DNA from: Candidatus Rariloculaceae bacterium
GTDB lineage: Bacteria > Pseudomonadota > Gammaproteobacteria > Steroidobacterales > Rariloculaceae
Assembly (NCBI GenBank): GCA_965223375.1
Contig: OZ245000.1
Coordinates: 776,939-840,938 of the forward strand
Reading direction: 5' to 3'
Length of the DNA stretch: 64,000 nucleotides
The notes under the pieces were generated by a model that saw nothing but the letters and a program-made list of their open reading frames with translations, had not been told where the DNA came from and ran no database searches. Below are positions 21,158 to 30,476 of this stretch, piece after piece. The position numbers were made by a program, and so were the translations under genes. Each line of letters begins with the position of its first letter. Position 1 is the stretch's first letter.

Positions 21158-22666
21158 ATGTCAGAGCAAGAAACGGCCGCAGATCCCGAATCGAATCTGC
21201 TGAACGGCGACGGCTATCTGGAAAGCCTCCGCGACGGCCGCGTCGTCTTCATCGACGGCGAGCGCGTCGACGACGTGACCAGTCACCCTGCCTTTCGAAA
21301 CTCGGCCCGCTCCGTCGCCCGGCTTTACGATGCGCTCCACGACCCCGGGCTCGACATGACGACGGTCGACGACTTCGGCCAGATCACGCACAAGTTCTTC
21401 AAGCCCAGTCGCACCGGCCAGGAGCTCGAAGAAGCGCGTGACGCCATCGAAGTGTGGGCTCGTCTTTCCTACGGATTCATGGGGCGAACGCCCGACTACA
21501 AGGCAGCGTTCATGGCCAGCCTGGCCGCAGATCCCGGGTTCTATGCGCCGTTCGAAGCGAGCGCGACGGGCTGGTACAAGCGCTACGCTTCGCAGGCCTT
21601 GTTCCTGAACCACGTGATCGTGAACCCGCCCGTCGACCGGCATCGGCCCGTCCACGAGGTCGCAGACGTCTATGTCCACAAAGTCCGGGAGCGCGACGAC
21701 GGCATCGTCGTCAGCGGCGCCAAGATGCTGGCGACCGGCTCTGCGTTGACGCATGCGACCTTCGTTGCCCAGAACAGCTCTGTGCACCTCGAACAGGGTA
21801 AAGCCGAAGATTTCGCGCTGCTCTTCATCGCACCGATGGACACGCCCGGCACGAAACTCATCTGTCGGCGGTCCTACGAGCGAGCTGCAGACAGCCCGTA
21901 CGATCATCCGCTGTCGAGCCGCTTCGACGAGAACGATGCGGTCCTGATCTTCGACGACGCCTTCATACCGTGGGAGAACGTTCTGGTCTACCGGGACACG
22001 CAAAAGGCGAATGCCTTCTATCCCGCGTCGCGTTTCCTCAATCGTTTCAATCTGCAGTCCGGCACACGCCTGCGCGTGAAGCTCGACCTGATGTGCGGTC
22101 TGTTTGCGAAAGGCATCAGGGCAAACGGTACCGATACGTTCCGCGGCATTCAGGTCGTCATGGGCGAGATCATCGGCTGGCGGCACCTGATCGACGCGCT
22201 GACGACGGCGATGATGCGGGACCCGGAGCCCGGACCGGGCGGGACCGTGGTGCCGAGACTCGAATATGCGGCAACGCTGAGATACTTCGCGACGCGCTGC
22301 TGGCCGCACGTGCGGCAGCTCTTCCACCAGTTTCTCGGTGGCAGCCCGGTCGTGGTGCCATCGAGCTTTCGCGATCTCGAGCATCCCGAGCTGAGGCCGT
22401 TACTCGACCGCTTCTACAGAGGGTCATCCGGCAGCGCCGAGGAGCGAATCAAGCTCTTCAAGCTGATCTGGGATGCGGTCGGCACGGAATTCGGTGGCCG
22501 CCACGAGCTATACGAGATCAACTACGCGGGTAACACGGAGCAAATTCGCCTCGACATCGGCAAGTTCGCGGACCGCAGCGGTCTGCTCGACCGGTTCGTC
22601 GAATTTGCCGATCAGTGCATGGCCGATTACGACGTGTCGGGCTGGACCAACGACACCTGGAAGTAA
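21158..22666 (+). CDS. 4-hydroxyphenylacetate 3-monooxygenase oxygenase-component family (HpaB-like flavin monooxygenase)
   Basis: From ATG 21158 the protein is 502 aa. The N-terminus GDGYLESLRDGRVVFIDGERVDDVTSHPAFRNSARSVARLYD is typical of the HpaB family. No reductase partner is adjacent. Confidence 0.8.
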   Translation: MSEQETAADPESNLLNGDGYLESLRDGRVVFIDGERVDDVTSHPAFRNSARSVARLYDALHDPGLDMTTVDDFGQITHKFFKPSRTGQELEEARDAIEVWARLSYGFMGRTPDYKAAFMASLAADPGFYAPFEASATGWYKRYASQALFLNHVIVNPPVDRHRPVHEVADVYVHKVRERDDGIVVSGAKMLATGSALTHATFVAQNSSVHLEQGKAEDFALLFIAPMDTPGTKLICRRSYERAADSPYDHPLSSRFDENDAVLIFDDAFIPWENVLVYRDTQKANAFYPASRFLNRFNLQSGTRLRVKLDLMCGLFAKGIRANGTDTFRGIQVVMGEIIGWRHLIDALTTAMMRDPEPGPGGTVVPRLEYAATLRYFATRCWPHVRQLFHQFLGGSPVVVPSSFRDLEHPELRPLLDRFYRGSSGSAEERIKLFKLIWDAVGTEFGGRHELYEINYAGNTEQIRLDIGKFADRSGLLDRFVEFADQCMADYDVSGWTNDTWK

Positions 22667-22667
22667 G

Positions 22668-22937
22668 CTACTCGGGCTCTCTGAGCAGCTCCATGTCGTT
22701 GCCGTCGCGCAACCAGATTGCGCCGGTCGTCGTATCGACCCGGACGACCCATGCACCGTTGTCCACGGCCGACGTGTTGCCGGCGAAAACGATCCAGTTG
22801 CCGGCGCAGGCGGCGTTCGAAGCTTCACCTACGACGCAGGCCGCCGCGCTTCCCTGCTGAGCAGTCAGCGGTCTGATCATCGCGCCAAGCAGCACACCGG
22901 TCGCAAGCACCAATCCGGCGAATATCGCTCTTCTCAT
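22668..22937 (-). CDS. small secreted hypothetical protein
   Basis: 89 aa with signal peptide MRRAIFAGLVLATGVLLGA and two Cys residues. No recognisable family. Confidence 0.45.
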   Translation of the reverse strand: MRRAIFAGLVLATGVLLGAMIRPLTAQQGSAAACVVGEASNAACAGNWIVFAGNTSAVDNGAWVVRVDTTTGAIWLRDGNDMELLREPE

Positions 22938-22985
22938 CAGTCTGTTCCTCCAGCCACAAAGTTCGTTGCAGTCCGGCGGCAGCGC

Positions 22986-23864
22986 TCAGGCCCCGATCCG
23001 ATCGGGCCGTGTGTAGACGTTGAAACCGCCCCGCTTCAGAAAACCGACCAGCGTCATTCCGAACTCGGCTGCCAGCTCTACCGCGAGCGACGACGGCGCG
23101 CCTACGGCAGCAACGAAGGGGCAGCCCGCCATCATGGCCTTTTGCATCAGCTCGAAGCTCGCGCGGCCACTGAACAGGAGACCGCGATCGGACAGCGGGA
23201 TCTCTGCCGCAGCCAGACGGCTGCCGATCAGTTTGTCGAGCGCATTGTGGCGTCCGACGTCCTCGCGCACGGCCAGTATTTCGCCGCCGGCATCGAAGAG
23301 CCCGGACGCATGTAATCCGCCGGTGCGATCGAAAACGGCCTGCGCGCTTCCGAGACGTCCGGGCAGCGCCTCGAGCAACTCCTCGGCGATGCGGAAATCG
23401 CCGCCCGAGCAATCGTATATCCCCTGGACCGCGACCGCTTCCAGCGACGCCTTGCCGCATACGCCGCAACTCGACGACGTGTAGAAGTTCCTCTGCAGGC
23501 GATCGAGCTCGACTTCCACGGACCCGGCGAGCTCGACACGAACGACGTTGACCAGACCGTTCGGCGCGGGCGGCCCACAGGGACGAACGAGCTCGATGTC
23601 GGACGCGCAGCTCACGATACCCTCCGTGAACAGGAAACCCGTTGCGAGCTCGGCGTCGTTTCCCGGCGTGCGCATCGTGATCGAAATGCTGCGCTCGGCA
23701 CGTTCCCCGGTCGGCGTCTGGAAACCGAGCCTGATCTCGAGCGGCTCCTCGGTCGCGACGTAGTCTTCCACTTCGTCGAATGGACGACCCCCGCCCGCAC
23801 GACGAATCGCGACGGGTCGCGCACTCTGCCGATTGGCGATCTCTCGCAGATCGGCCATCGTCAC
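22986..23864 (-). CDS. fdhD: formate dehydrogenase accessory sulfurtransferase FdhD
   Basis: SSSCGVCGKASLE, GGLHASGLF and REDVGRHNALDKLIG motifs. Confidence 0.9.
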   Translation of the reverse strand: MTMADLREIANRQSARPVAIRRAGGGRPFDEVEDYVATEEPLEIRLGFQTPTGERAERSISITMRTPGNDAELATGFLFTEGIVSCASDIELVRPCGPPAPNGLVNVVRVELAGSVEVELDRLQRNFYTSSSCGVCGKASLEAVAVQGIYDCSGGDFRIAEELLEALPGRLGSAQAVFDRTGGLHASGLFDAGGEILAVREDVGRHNALDKLIGSRLAAAEIPLSDRGLLFSGRASFELMQKAMMAGCPFVAAVGAPSSLAVELAAEFGMTLVGFLKRGGFNVYTRPDRIGA

Positions 23865-25018
23865 GACACGCGACGAATCATCGATTCGTCGATATCCGAG
23901 ATCCGGCTGGCACCGAGCAGCGCCATGTCGCGCTCGACCTCGGACCTCAGAATCTTCAGTGCCTGCATGACACCCGCTTCGCCACCCGCACCGAGCCCGT
24001 ACAGATAGGGCCGCCCGGCCGAACAGACGGTCGCGCCGAGCGCAAGCGCCTTCAGAATGTGGGTACCGCGTCGCACACCGCCATCCAGGATGATCTCCAG
24101 CTCACCACCGACCGCATCGGCCACTTGCTTCAGCGTATCGAAGGGCGCCGGCGAATAGTCGAGCTGCCGACCGCCGTGATTCGACAGCATGACGGCCGTC
24201 GCGCCGACTTTTCGCGCGAGCTTCGCATCCTCGCCGGTCATCACGCCCTTGATCGCGAAGTGGCCGCCCCACTCGCCGATCATCCATTCCGCATCGGCCC
24301 AGGTGACGCTGCGATCGAGCTGATTGTTCAGATACTCGATGATGCCGCCGAGCTTGTCGCTGCCTGGGGGCGGACGGTGCGCGACATTCGCCATGTCTAT
24401 CTTCGGTGACGTCAGATGACGGTAAACCCACGCGGGATGCATCGCGATATCGATCAGACTCATCAGTGACAGCCGGGGCGGCACGGTCATGCCGGTAACG
24501 ATGTCCCGCTCACGGTTCCCGGACACCGCGACATCTACGGTGAGCTGCAGAGCCTTGTAGCCGGACTCCCGGGCGCGCTCGAAGAACTCGCGCGTCAGGC
24601 CGCGATCCTTCAGCACGTAAACCTGGAAGGCCTTGGGTCCGGAAGTGAGCTTCGCGACTTCCTCGATGCTCATTGACGAAAAACTGGACAACGAATAGAA
24701 GGTGCCGAACGCATCCGCGGCTCGCGCAACCGCACGCTCGCCCTCGTAGTGAAACAGGCGGGACAAGGCGGTCGGCGAGCAGAAAAAGGGCCAGTCGATG
24801 CGCTCACCGAATACGCTGGCCGACATGTCGATCTTGGCAACGTCTACGAGACATCGCGGCTGGAACTCGAAGGCGTCGAATGCGTCGGTGTTCCGCCGCA
24901 GCGTCCACTCATCGTCGGCGGCGCCGTCGATATAGTGAAACATCGGTGCCGGCAGGCGCTTCTGAGCGAGCTTCCTCAGCTCGCGAATGTTGTAGCAGCG
25001 CTCGACGCGACTGATCAT
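23861..25018 (-). CDS. FMN-dependent alpha-hydroxy-acid dehydrogenase/oxidase (L-lactate dehydrogenase LldD-like)
   Basis: The N-terminus YNIRELRKLAQKRLPAPMFHYIDGAADDEWTLRRN and the C-terminal half SNHGGRQLD are hallmarks of the family. 4-nt overlap with the fdhD start. Confidence 0.85.
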   Translation of the reverse strand: MISRVERCYNIRELRKLAQKRLPAPMFHYIDGAADDEWTLRRNTDAFDAFEFQPRCLVDVAKIDMSASVFGERIDWPFFCSPTALSRLFHYEGERAVARAADAFGTFYSLSSFSSMSIEEVAKLTSGPKAFQVYVLKDRGLTREFFERARESGYKALQLTVDVAVSGNRERDIVTGMTVPPRLSLMSLIDIAMHPAWVYRHLTSPKIDMANVAHRPPPGSDKLGGIIEYLNNQLDRSVTWADAEWMIGEWGGHFAIKGVMTGEDAKLARKVGATAVMLSNHGGRQLDYSPAPFDTLKQVADAVGGELEIILDGGVRRGTHILKALALGATVCSAGRPYLYGLGAGGEAGVMQALKILRSEVERDMALLGASRISDIDESMIRRVS

Positions 25019-25248
25019 TGCTATTGGGCTCCGGACGCCGGACGCGGATCGATCCGTTCGTAGCGCTGCCGGAGATCCGGCAACGCCGCAGTCGACTCGG
25101 GAATCATTCTCGCCTGATATTCGATCTGGAAGCGACCGATCTAGTATACCTGCCGGGTATCCCCGCCGAGGTCGGATGCCGCAAGCCGACCGGGCCGCAG
25201 AAAGGCGGGGATTACCGACTGATCGACATTTCAGCGCGGAATTTGCCC

Positions 25249-25254
25249 TATAAT
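25249..25254 (+). promoter_or_regulatory. candidate sigma-70 -10 box (TATAAT) upstream of the HMG-CoA synthase gene
   Basis: A perfect TATAAT sits in the locally AT-richer 308-bp divergent intergenic region, 73 nt upstream of ATG 25327. There is no convincing -35 at 17-bp spacing (TCGACA lies 20 bp upstream). Confidence 0.25.
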
Positions 25255-25326
25255 TCCGTTGCGCACAGCCGTTCGTGGGGGACGGCGATCCGAGTTCAGC
25301 ACAGTGGGACGTCCCAGGGGTTTTCT

Positions 25327-26790
25327 ATGATCGAACCTGTCGGTATCAGCGGCTTCGCCGTGTATGTGCCGCCATATCGAGTTGACCTGAAGTCCTGGTG
25401 CGAGTGGACCGACTCACCGTGGGACAAGACCGAAGCCGTGGTCGGGCGAAGCTTCAGAATGCGCGGCCCCGCCCAGAGCGTCTACACGATCGCCGCGAAT
25501 GCGGTCCTCAGGCTGATCGAAAACTACGGAATCGACCCTGCCAGAATCGGCTTTCTCGGCCTCGGCACGGAATCGAGCACCGACAACTCGGCTGGAGCCG
25601 TGATCATCAAAGGCATGATCGACGACGCCCTGAAGGCTCGCGGACAGGCGCCGATCAGCCGCAACTGCGAGGTGCCGGAGGTCAAGCATGCCTGCCTGGG
25701 CGGCGTCTACGCGATCAAGCATGCGCTCCGCTACCTCGCGCTCGAGGACCGGGATCGCTGCGCGATCGTTGTCAGCGCAGACATCGCCGAATATGCGCGC
25801 GGCAGCTCCGGTGAGCCGACTCAGGGCGCCGGCGGCGTCGCAATGCTTCTCGAAAAGAAGCCGCGGCTACTCGAAATCGATCTCAGAAACATCGGCAGCG
25901 CATCGTCCTACCGAGCTGTCGACTTTCGCAAGCCCGTCCTGCGAAACATCATTCGCGGCAAGCTGAACTGCCATTTCCAGGATCTGCCGGTATTCAACGG
26001 CAAGTACTCGACGACGTGTTACCTCGATGAAACTCTGCATGCGCTGAATGACATGCTGCGGAGGATGGGCAAGGAACCGGCGGACTACTATCGTGAGCTT
26101 GCCGCGACATTTCTGCATCGGCCCTATCACCGAATGCCTGAAACGTCCTTCGCGATGAGCTATCTGTTCGCTCTTGGCCGCGACGGAGACCGCGGCCGCG
26201 AGATTCTCCGCCGCCACTGCGAGCACATCGACATCGACGTCGATGCCGTTCTCGCGGAAATGCACTCGAGCCCCGACGTATTGCAGCTCGTACGCGACGG
26301 CAGAATCGACGAAGACGTCTATCCGCTCTGTGTCGCACTGCTGCGTGAGTTCCGCAAGAGCGACGAGTTCCGCGAATTCGTGAAGTCGAAAATGTCACTT
26401 GGCTCCGACATCATGAAGGACATCGGTAACGTCTACTGCGCCGCACTCCCGGCATGGATCGCCGCCGGCATGGAGGAAGCTGCCCGTGGCGATCAGGATC
26501 TGGCCGGTAGAAAGATTCTCGCCGTCGGTTACGGCAGCGGCGACGCCGCCGAAGCGATTCCTATGACGGTCGCGGCCGGCTGGAAAGATGCCGCCCTTCG
26601 CATCGGCTTCGCTGCATCGCTCGAGTCGGCTCAGGACCTGACGCGCGCACAGTACGAAGCGCTGCACGATTCAGGGACGGCTGACGGTCTCACGAACCCC
26701 GGCGACGGCTTCGTAATCGAAGAGATCGGTCGCAATAAGAATCCGCAGCTCAGCGATGAGGGAATCGAGTACTACCGATTCCTGAACTGA
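25327..26790 (+). CDS. mvaS: hydroxymethylglutaryl-CoA synthase (long, 487-aa form)
   Basis: HMGS motifs GLGTESSTDNS (Glu), KHACLGG (catalytic Cys), SADIAEY and EPTQGAGGVAML. Start moved to ATG 25327. Confidence 0.8.
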   Translation: MIEPVGISGFAVYVPPYRVDLKSWCEWTDSPWDKTEAVVGRSFRMRGPAQSVYTIAANAVLRLIENYGIDPARIGFLGLGTESSTDNSAGAVIIKGMIDDALKARGQAPISRNCEVPEVKHACLGGVYAIKHALRYLALEDRDRCAIVVSADIAEYARGSSGEPTQGAGGVAMLLEKKPRLLEIDLRNIGSASSYRAVDFRKPVLRNIIRGKLNCHFQDLPVFNGKYSTTCYLDETLHALNDMLRRMGKEPADYYRELAATFLHRPYHRMPETSFAMSYLFALGRDGDRGREILRRHCEHIDIDVDAVLAEMHSSPDVLQLVRDGRIDEDVYPLCVALLREFRKSDEFREFVKSKMSLGSDIMKDIGNVYCAALPAWIAAGMEEAARGDQDLAGRKILAVGYGSGDAAEAIPMTVAAGWKDAALRIGFAASLESAQDLTRAQYEALHDSGTADGLTNPGDGFVIEEIGRNKNPQLSDEGIEYYRFLN

Positions 26791-26893
26791 CGCCGGCGGA
26801 TGCGCGAGTCTCTGGCCCGGATGTCTCGCCGATTCGCCCCCGAGAGAGTTGCGGATGTCCGAACATCGCGGCTCTTCGGCGCGCCGACCTCGC

Positions 26894-27505
26894 TCAGACG
26901 CCGGCCGCTTCCGCGTCCAGCCTGTCGATCAGATCGTCGATCGTTCCGCCGTCGCGAAACACTCGCTGATACTCGGCCCGCTTCATCGCGAGATCGCTGA
27001 CACCGTCGGCCAGGATGTTGACGATTCGCCAGCCGCCCTCCTGGCTCTGCTGCAGCACGTAAGTCAGCGGCACGTCGTCATCGTCGGGCCGGGCAATGTA
27101 CGCCGACACCTCGACACGGCCCTCACCGATCAGCGTGGCACCGCTGATACCGAACGTGTCGGGCCCTACGCCGGCGAAACGCGACGCATAGGTGGCAACG
27201 CTCAAACGCTCGAACGCGGCGACGAACGCCGCGCGCTTCTGCTCGTCAAGCTCGCGCCACTGCCGGCGAATGGTGACCTCGGCAATGAAGGGCAGGTCGT
27301 GGGTGCGGCGCACGATCGGGAGCAGCGCATCGTAACGCTGCCCGGGCGCAGCGAGCGTAGCCGCAGCGACGAGCGCGTCGTGGAGCTCCGCGACGATACG
27401 GGCGGCCGCGTCCGTCCCGGCTTCCGCTTCCGGCGCCTCCTGGGCGTGGACGGCCCAGCAGAACAGCCAGCCTGCCAGCGCAATCGTCGACATCAGTCTT
27501 TGCAT
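26894..27505 (-). CDS. hpnM: MlaC/Ttg2D-family lipid-binding periplasmic protein, HpnM-like
   Basis: Signal peptide plus Tgt2/MlaC-like sequence (...FIAEVTIRRQWRELDEQKRAAFVAAFERLSVATYASRF...W.I.N...DGVSDLAMKRAEY). Last gene of the hopanoid operon. Confidence 0.7.
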   Translation of the reverse strand: MQRLMSTIALAGWLFCWAVHAQEAPEAEAGTDAAARIVAELHDALVAAATLAAPGQRYDALLPIVRRTHDLPFIAEVTIRRQWRELDEQKRAAFVAAFERLSVATYASRFAGVGPDTFGISGATLIGEGRVEVSAYIARPDDDDVPLTYVLQQSQEGGWRIVNILADGVSDLAMKRAEYQRVFRDGGTIDDLIDRLDAEAAGV

Positions 27506-27521
27506 CGAGGCCTCTCCGTTA

Positions 27522-28652
27522 TCAGCGTGCGGCGTAGGACCGACCCTTCCACTCCGCCCGGATGCCGCGCCACCACATCAACGCGGACAGCCAGGTCATC
27601 CCCAGATAGAGCGCAGCTGCGATCGGGAACGTCAAAAGCCAGACCGGCGACAGACCGAACCAGCGGTGGACCGGGCGGTAGCCTGTCAGCATCGCTGCGA
27701 ATGCGAGCGCGGCCAGCGCGACGCCGTACGCGTCCGGATGCAGCCAGAGGACGAGAAATGGCCCGCCGAAAACCAGCAGCATCAGCGCGGTGACGGCGAG
27801 CAGCAAAGCGAGCGAATAGCGCAACTGGGTAAAAGCCGTTCTCGACACCATCGCAGCGAATGACGACAGACTGACATAGCGCCGCTGACTGACGACTGAA
27901 CGACTCAAGCCGAGCCAGATCGAAGCGCCGCTGCGCTTGACGAGCCGCGCGAGCGTGCAGTCGTCTATCAGTGCGTCCCGGAACGACTCGAATGCGCCGA
28001 TGCTCCGGAGAGCGTCGCGGCGCACCAGAATGCAGCCGCCGGCAGCCGCCGCAACCGGGGACGAGGGATTGTTGACGCGCGCGAACGGATAAATCACCTT
28101 GAAGAAGTAGATGAATGGCGGCACGAGAAGCCGCTCCCAGAACGACAGGCAGCGAAGCTCTGCCATCACCGAAACCATGGCCCTTGGGCCTCGAGCAGCC
28201 TCTTTCAGCAATGCCGCTGCCACGCCGGGCGCAAGCTCGATATCCGCGTCGAGCAACCAGACCCAGTCGCGCGTTGCTTCGCGCAGCCCCTGATCGAGCG
28301 CCCACAGCTTGCCGCCCCAGCCGGGAGGCAGTGCCGCACCACGCAGCAGGTCGATCTGCAGCGTCCCGGAATGGGCTTCCACGGCGGCCTCCACGACCGC
28401 TGCCGTCGCATCGGACGACTGATCATCAACGACGATGACGGCGAGATTCCGCCCCTGCGATGCAAGACCGGAGAGGGTCGATCCGATGTGCGCTGCCTCG
28501 TTGCGAGCCGGAATGATGACGGTGACGTTCGACAGATCCGGCAGATCGCCCGTCTCCGGCTCGAGCCGCTCGCGGGTCATCCACGGGCGCGACGGCAGCA
28601 GCAGCAGGCTGAGCCAGGCAAAAGCGGCGAAGGCGCCAATCAGCAGGGCCAT
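27522..28652 (-). CDS. hopanoid-associated family-2 glycosyltransferase (HpnB/HpnI-like)
   Basis: An N-terminal TM segment, then the GT2 core VTVIIPARNEA...VVDDQSSD...LLDADI and C-terminal TM segments. I cannot separate HpnB from HpnI by eye. Confidence 0.7.
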   Translation of the reverse strand: MALLIGAFAAFAWLSLLLLPSRPWMTRERLEPETGDLPDLSNVTVIIPARNEAAHIGSTLSGLASQGRNLAVIVVDDQSSDATAAVVEAAVEAHSGTLQIDLLRGAALPPGWGGKLWALDQGLREATRDWVWLLDADIELAPGVAAALLKEAARGPRAMVSVMAELRCLSFWERLLVPPFIYFFKVIYPFARVNNPSSPVAAAAGGCILVRRDALRSIGAFESFRDALIDDCTLARLVKRSGASIWLGLSRSVVSQRRYVSLSSFAAMVSRTAFTQLRYSLALLLAVTALMLLVFGGPFLVLWLHPDAYGVALAALAFAAMLTGYRPVHRWFGLSPVWLLTFPIAAALYLGMTWLSALMWWRGIRAEWKGRSYAAR

Positions 28653-28730
28653 TTCGGCGCCACGCTCACGTCGGGCAACGAGCCGACAGGCTGGCCTCCG
28701 GCAGGGCCCGTGACGGGAGCGGCGTGACCG

Positions 28731-29852
28731 TCAGTCCCCGGACCGGGAACGATTGCCTATCTGGTCTATCGAGACGCTGACGTCAGACGCATGCCCGCCG
28801 TGCAGCACAGGCAGCTCCGGCGCCATCTCACCATCGAGCTTCGGACCGAAGAGCATCACGCTCAGCGCTTTGAGCGGGCTTGAGATCGTGTGCTCGACGG
28901 CCGTGCCTTCGTAGCCACAGTGCGCCATGCAGTTGTCGCACTTCGGGTTGATCCCGGTACCGTAGCGACTCCACTCGGTCGTCTCCATCAGCTCCTGATA
29001 CGTCTGCGCGTAGCCCTCATCGACCAGCAGATAGCACGGCTTCTGCCAGCCAAAAATGTTGTACGTCGGATTCGCCCACGGCGTGCACTGATATGTCTGG
29101 TTGCCTGCAAGGAAATCGACGAAGAGGCTCGACTGATTGAAGCGCCACTTGCTGCCGCGCTTCCGACCGACTCTGAAAATGTCCCGGAACAACTGCTTCG
29201 AGTTCCGCCGTCCCATGAAGACATCCTGACGCGGCGCATGATCGTAGCTGTAACCGGGGGACAGCATGACGCCTTCCAGGCCGAGCGTCATCGCATAGTC
29301 GAAAAAGTCCGCAACGTCTTCCGGATCCTCGCCCGCATAAAGCGTGCAATTGGCCGTTACGCGAAATCCCCGGTCGCGGGCAGCCTCGATCGCGGACACG
29401 GCCTTGTCGAAGACCCCGCCGCGACACACCGATTCGTCGTGACGGTTGCGGTTGCCATCGAGATGTATCGACCAGGTCAGATACGGCGAGGGTTCGTACT
29501 GATCGATCTTCTGCTCGAGCAGAATCGCATTGGTGCAGAGATAGACGAACTTCTTCCGATCGACGATCCCCTGGACGATCTGCGGCATTTCCTTGTGGAT
29601 CAGCGGCTCGCCACCGGGGATCGACACGACCGGGGCGCCGCACTCGTCGACCGCACGGAGCGCATCCTCGACACTCATGCGCTTACGCAGAATGTCGTTC
29701 GAGTAGTCGATCTTGCCACAGCCGGCACAGGCAAGGTTGCACTGAAACAGCGGCTCCAGCATCAACACGAGCGGATACCGCTTATTCCCCTTGAGCTTCT
29801 GCTCGAGAATATAGCGGCCGATTCGGTAGGTCTGAACCAGTGGAATTGACAT
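28731..29852 (-). CDS. hpnH: adenosyl-hopene transferase (radical SAM) HpnH
   Basis: KRYPLVLMLEPLFQCNLACAGCGKIDY (CxxxCxxC) and ECGAPVVSIPGGEPLIHKEMPQIV..RKKFVYLCTNA closely match HpnH as I remember it. Confidence 0.9.
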   Translation of the reverse strand: MSIPLVQTYRIGRYILEQKLKGNKRYPLVLMLEPLFQCNLACAGCGKIDYSNDILRKRMSVEDALRAVDECGAPVVSIPGGEPLIHKEMPQIVQGIVDRKKFVYLCTNAILLEQKIDQYEPSPYLTWSIHLDGNRNRHDESVCRGGVFDKAVSAIEAARDRGFRVTANCTLYAGEDPEDVADFFDYAMTLGLEGVMLSPGYSYDHAPRQDVFMGRRNSKQLFRDIFRVGRKRGSKWRFNQSSLFVDFLAGNQTYQCTPWANPTYNIFGWQKPCYLLVDEGYAQTYQELMETTEWSRYGTGINPKCDNCMAHCGYEGTAVEHTISSPLKALSVMLFGPKLDGEMAPELPVLHGGHASDVSVSIDQIGNRSRSGD

Positions 29853-29888
29853 AACCGATTCCCTTGTATGCCTGCGTCGTTACGCCGC

Positions 29889-30476
29889 TCAGTCGCGACC
29901 CGCAGATTTTGCCACAGGCTGCGACACGATGGCGTCCATGAAGTGCCGCTGCAGATGCGACCACTCCATTTTGAACCACGGGGTGAATCTGTCCGGGTGG
30001 GAAGCCAGCTCGGCATCCAGCGCCGGGACATCGACGAAGCGCCAGTCGGCGATTTCGCTGACGTTGACGTCGACCGGCCCGTCGTAGCGGCCGAGATACA
30101 CCCAGCAATACTCGTGCTCGGCACCGACCGCACCGTACTGCGCGTGATACTTGAACTTGTAAAGAAACTGCAGCGGGCACTCGAAACCGAGCTCCTGCCT
30201 CAGCCGCCGCGTAACGGCCAGGTCCATCGACTCACCGCGACGCGGGTGCGAGCAGCAGGTGTTCGACCAGTAATTCGGCCACAGCGGCTTCGATTCGCTG
30301 CGCTGCTGCAGCAGAAGCTCGTCGTCCGCGTTGAAGACGAATATCGAGAACGCGCGGTGCAGGATGCCGTTGCCGGCATGGCATTCGCTCTTCAGCTCGC
30401 AACCGATCTCGCGGTCGAGCTCGTCGACGAGGATCAGCTCTTCGCTCGAGCTAGAGACGACCTCCTCACGCGCCAT
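29889..30476 (-). CDS. idi: isopentenyl-diphosphate delta-isomerase, type 1 (Nudix)
   Basis: HRAFSIFVFN, LLLQQRS..K..WP..WSNTCCSHP and E..A..RRL.EELG motifs. The start overlaps the stop of the upstream fusion gene by 11 nt. Confidence 0.9.
   Translation of the reverse strand: MAREEVVSSSSEELILVDELDREIGCELKSECHAGNGILHRAFSIFVFNADDELLLQQRSESKPLWPNYWSNTCCSHPRRGESMDLAVTRRLRQELGFECPLQFLYKFKYHAQYGAVGAEHEYCWVYLGRYDGPVDVNVSEIADWRFVDVPALDAELASHPDRFTPWFKMEWSHLQRHFMDAIVSQPVAKSAGRD

Noticed and set aside
23861-25018. The FMN-dependent TIM-barrel enzyme next to the mevalonate genes considered as a type-2 IPP isomerase (Fni/IDI-2).
   Set aside because: Its sequence has the LldD/glycolate-oxidase hallmarks (MFHYIDGAADDE..., SNHGGRQLD). 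A type-1 Idi is already present in the operon.
25327-26790. HMG-CoA synthase homologue considered as the HCS of a polyketide beta-branching cassette.
   Set aside because: There are no ACP, ECH1/ECH2 or PKS genes nearby. All the other mevalonate-pathway enzymes are adjacent, so a primary HMGS role is the simpler reading.
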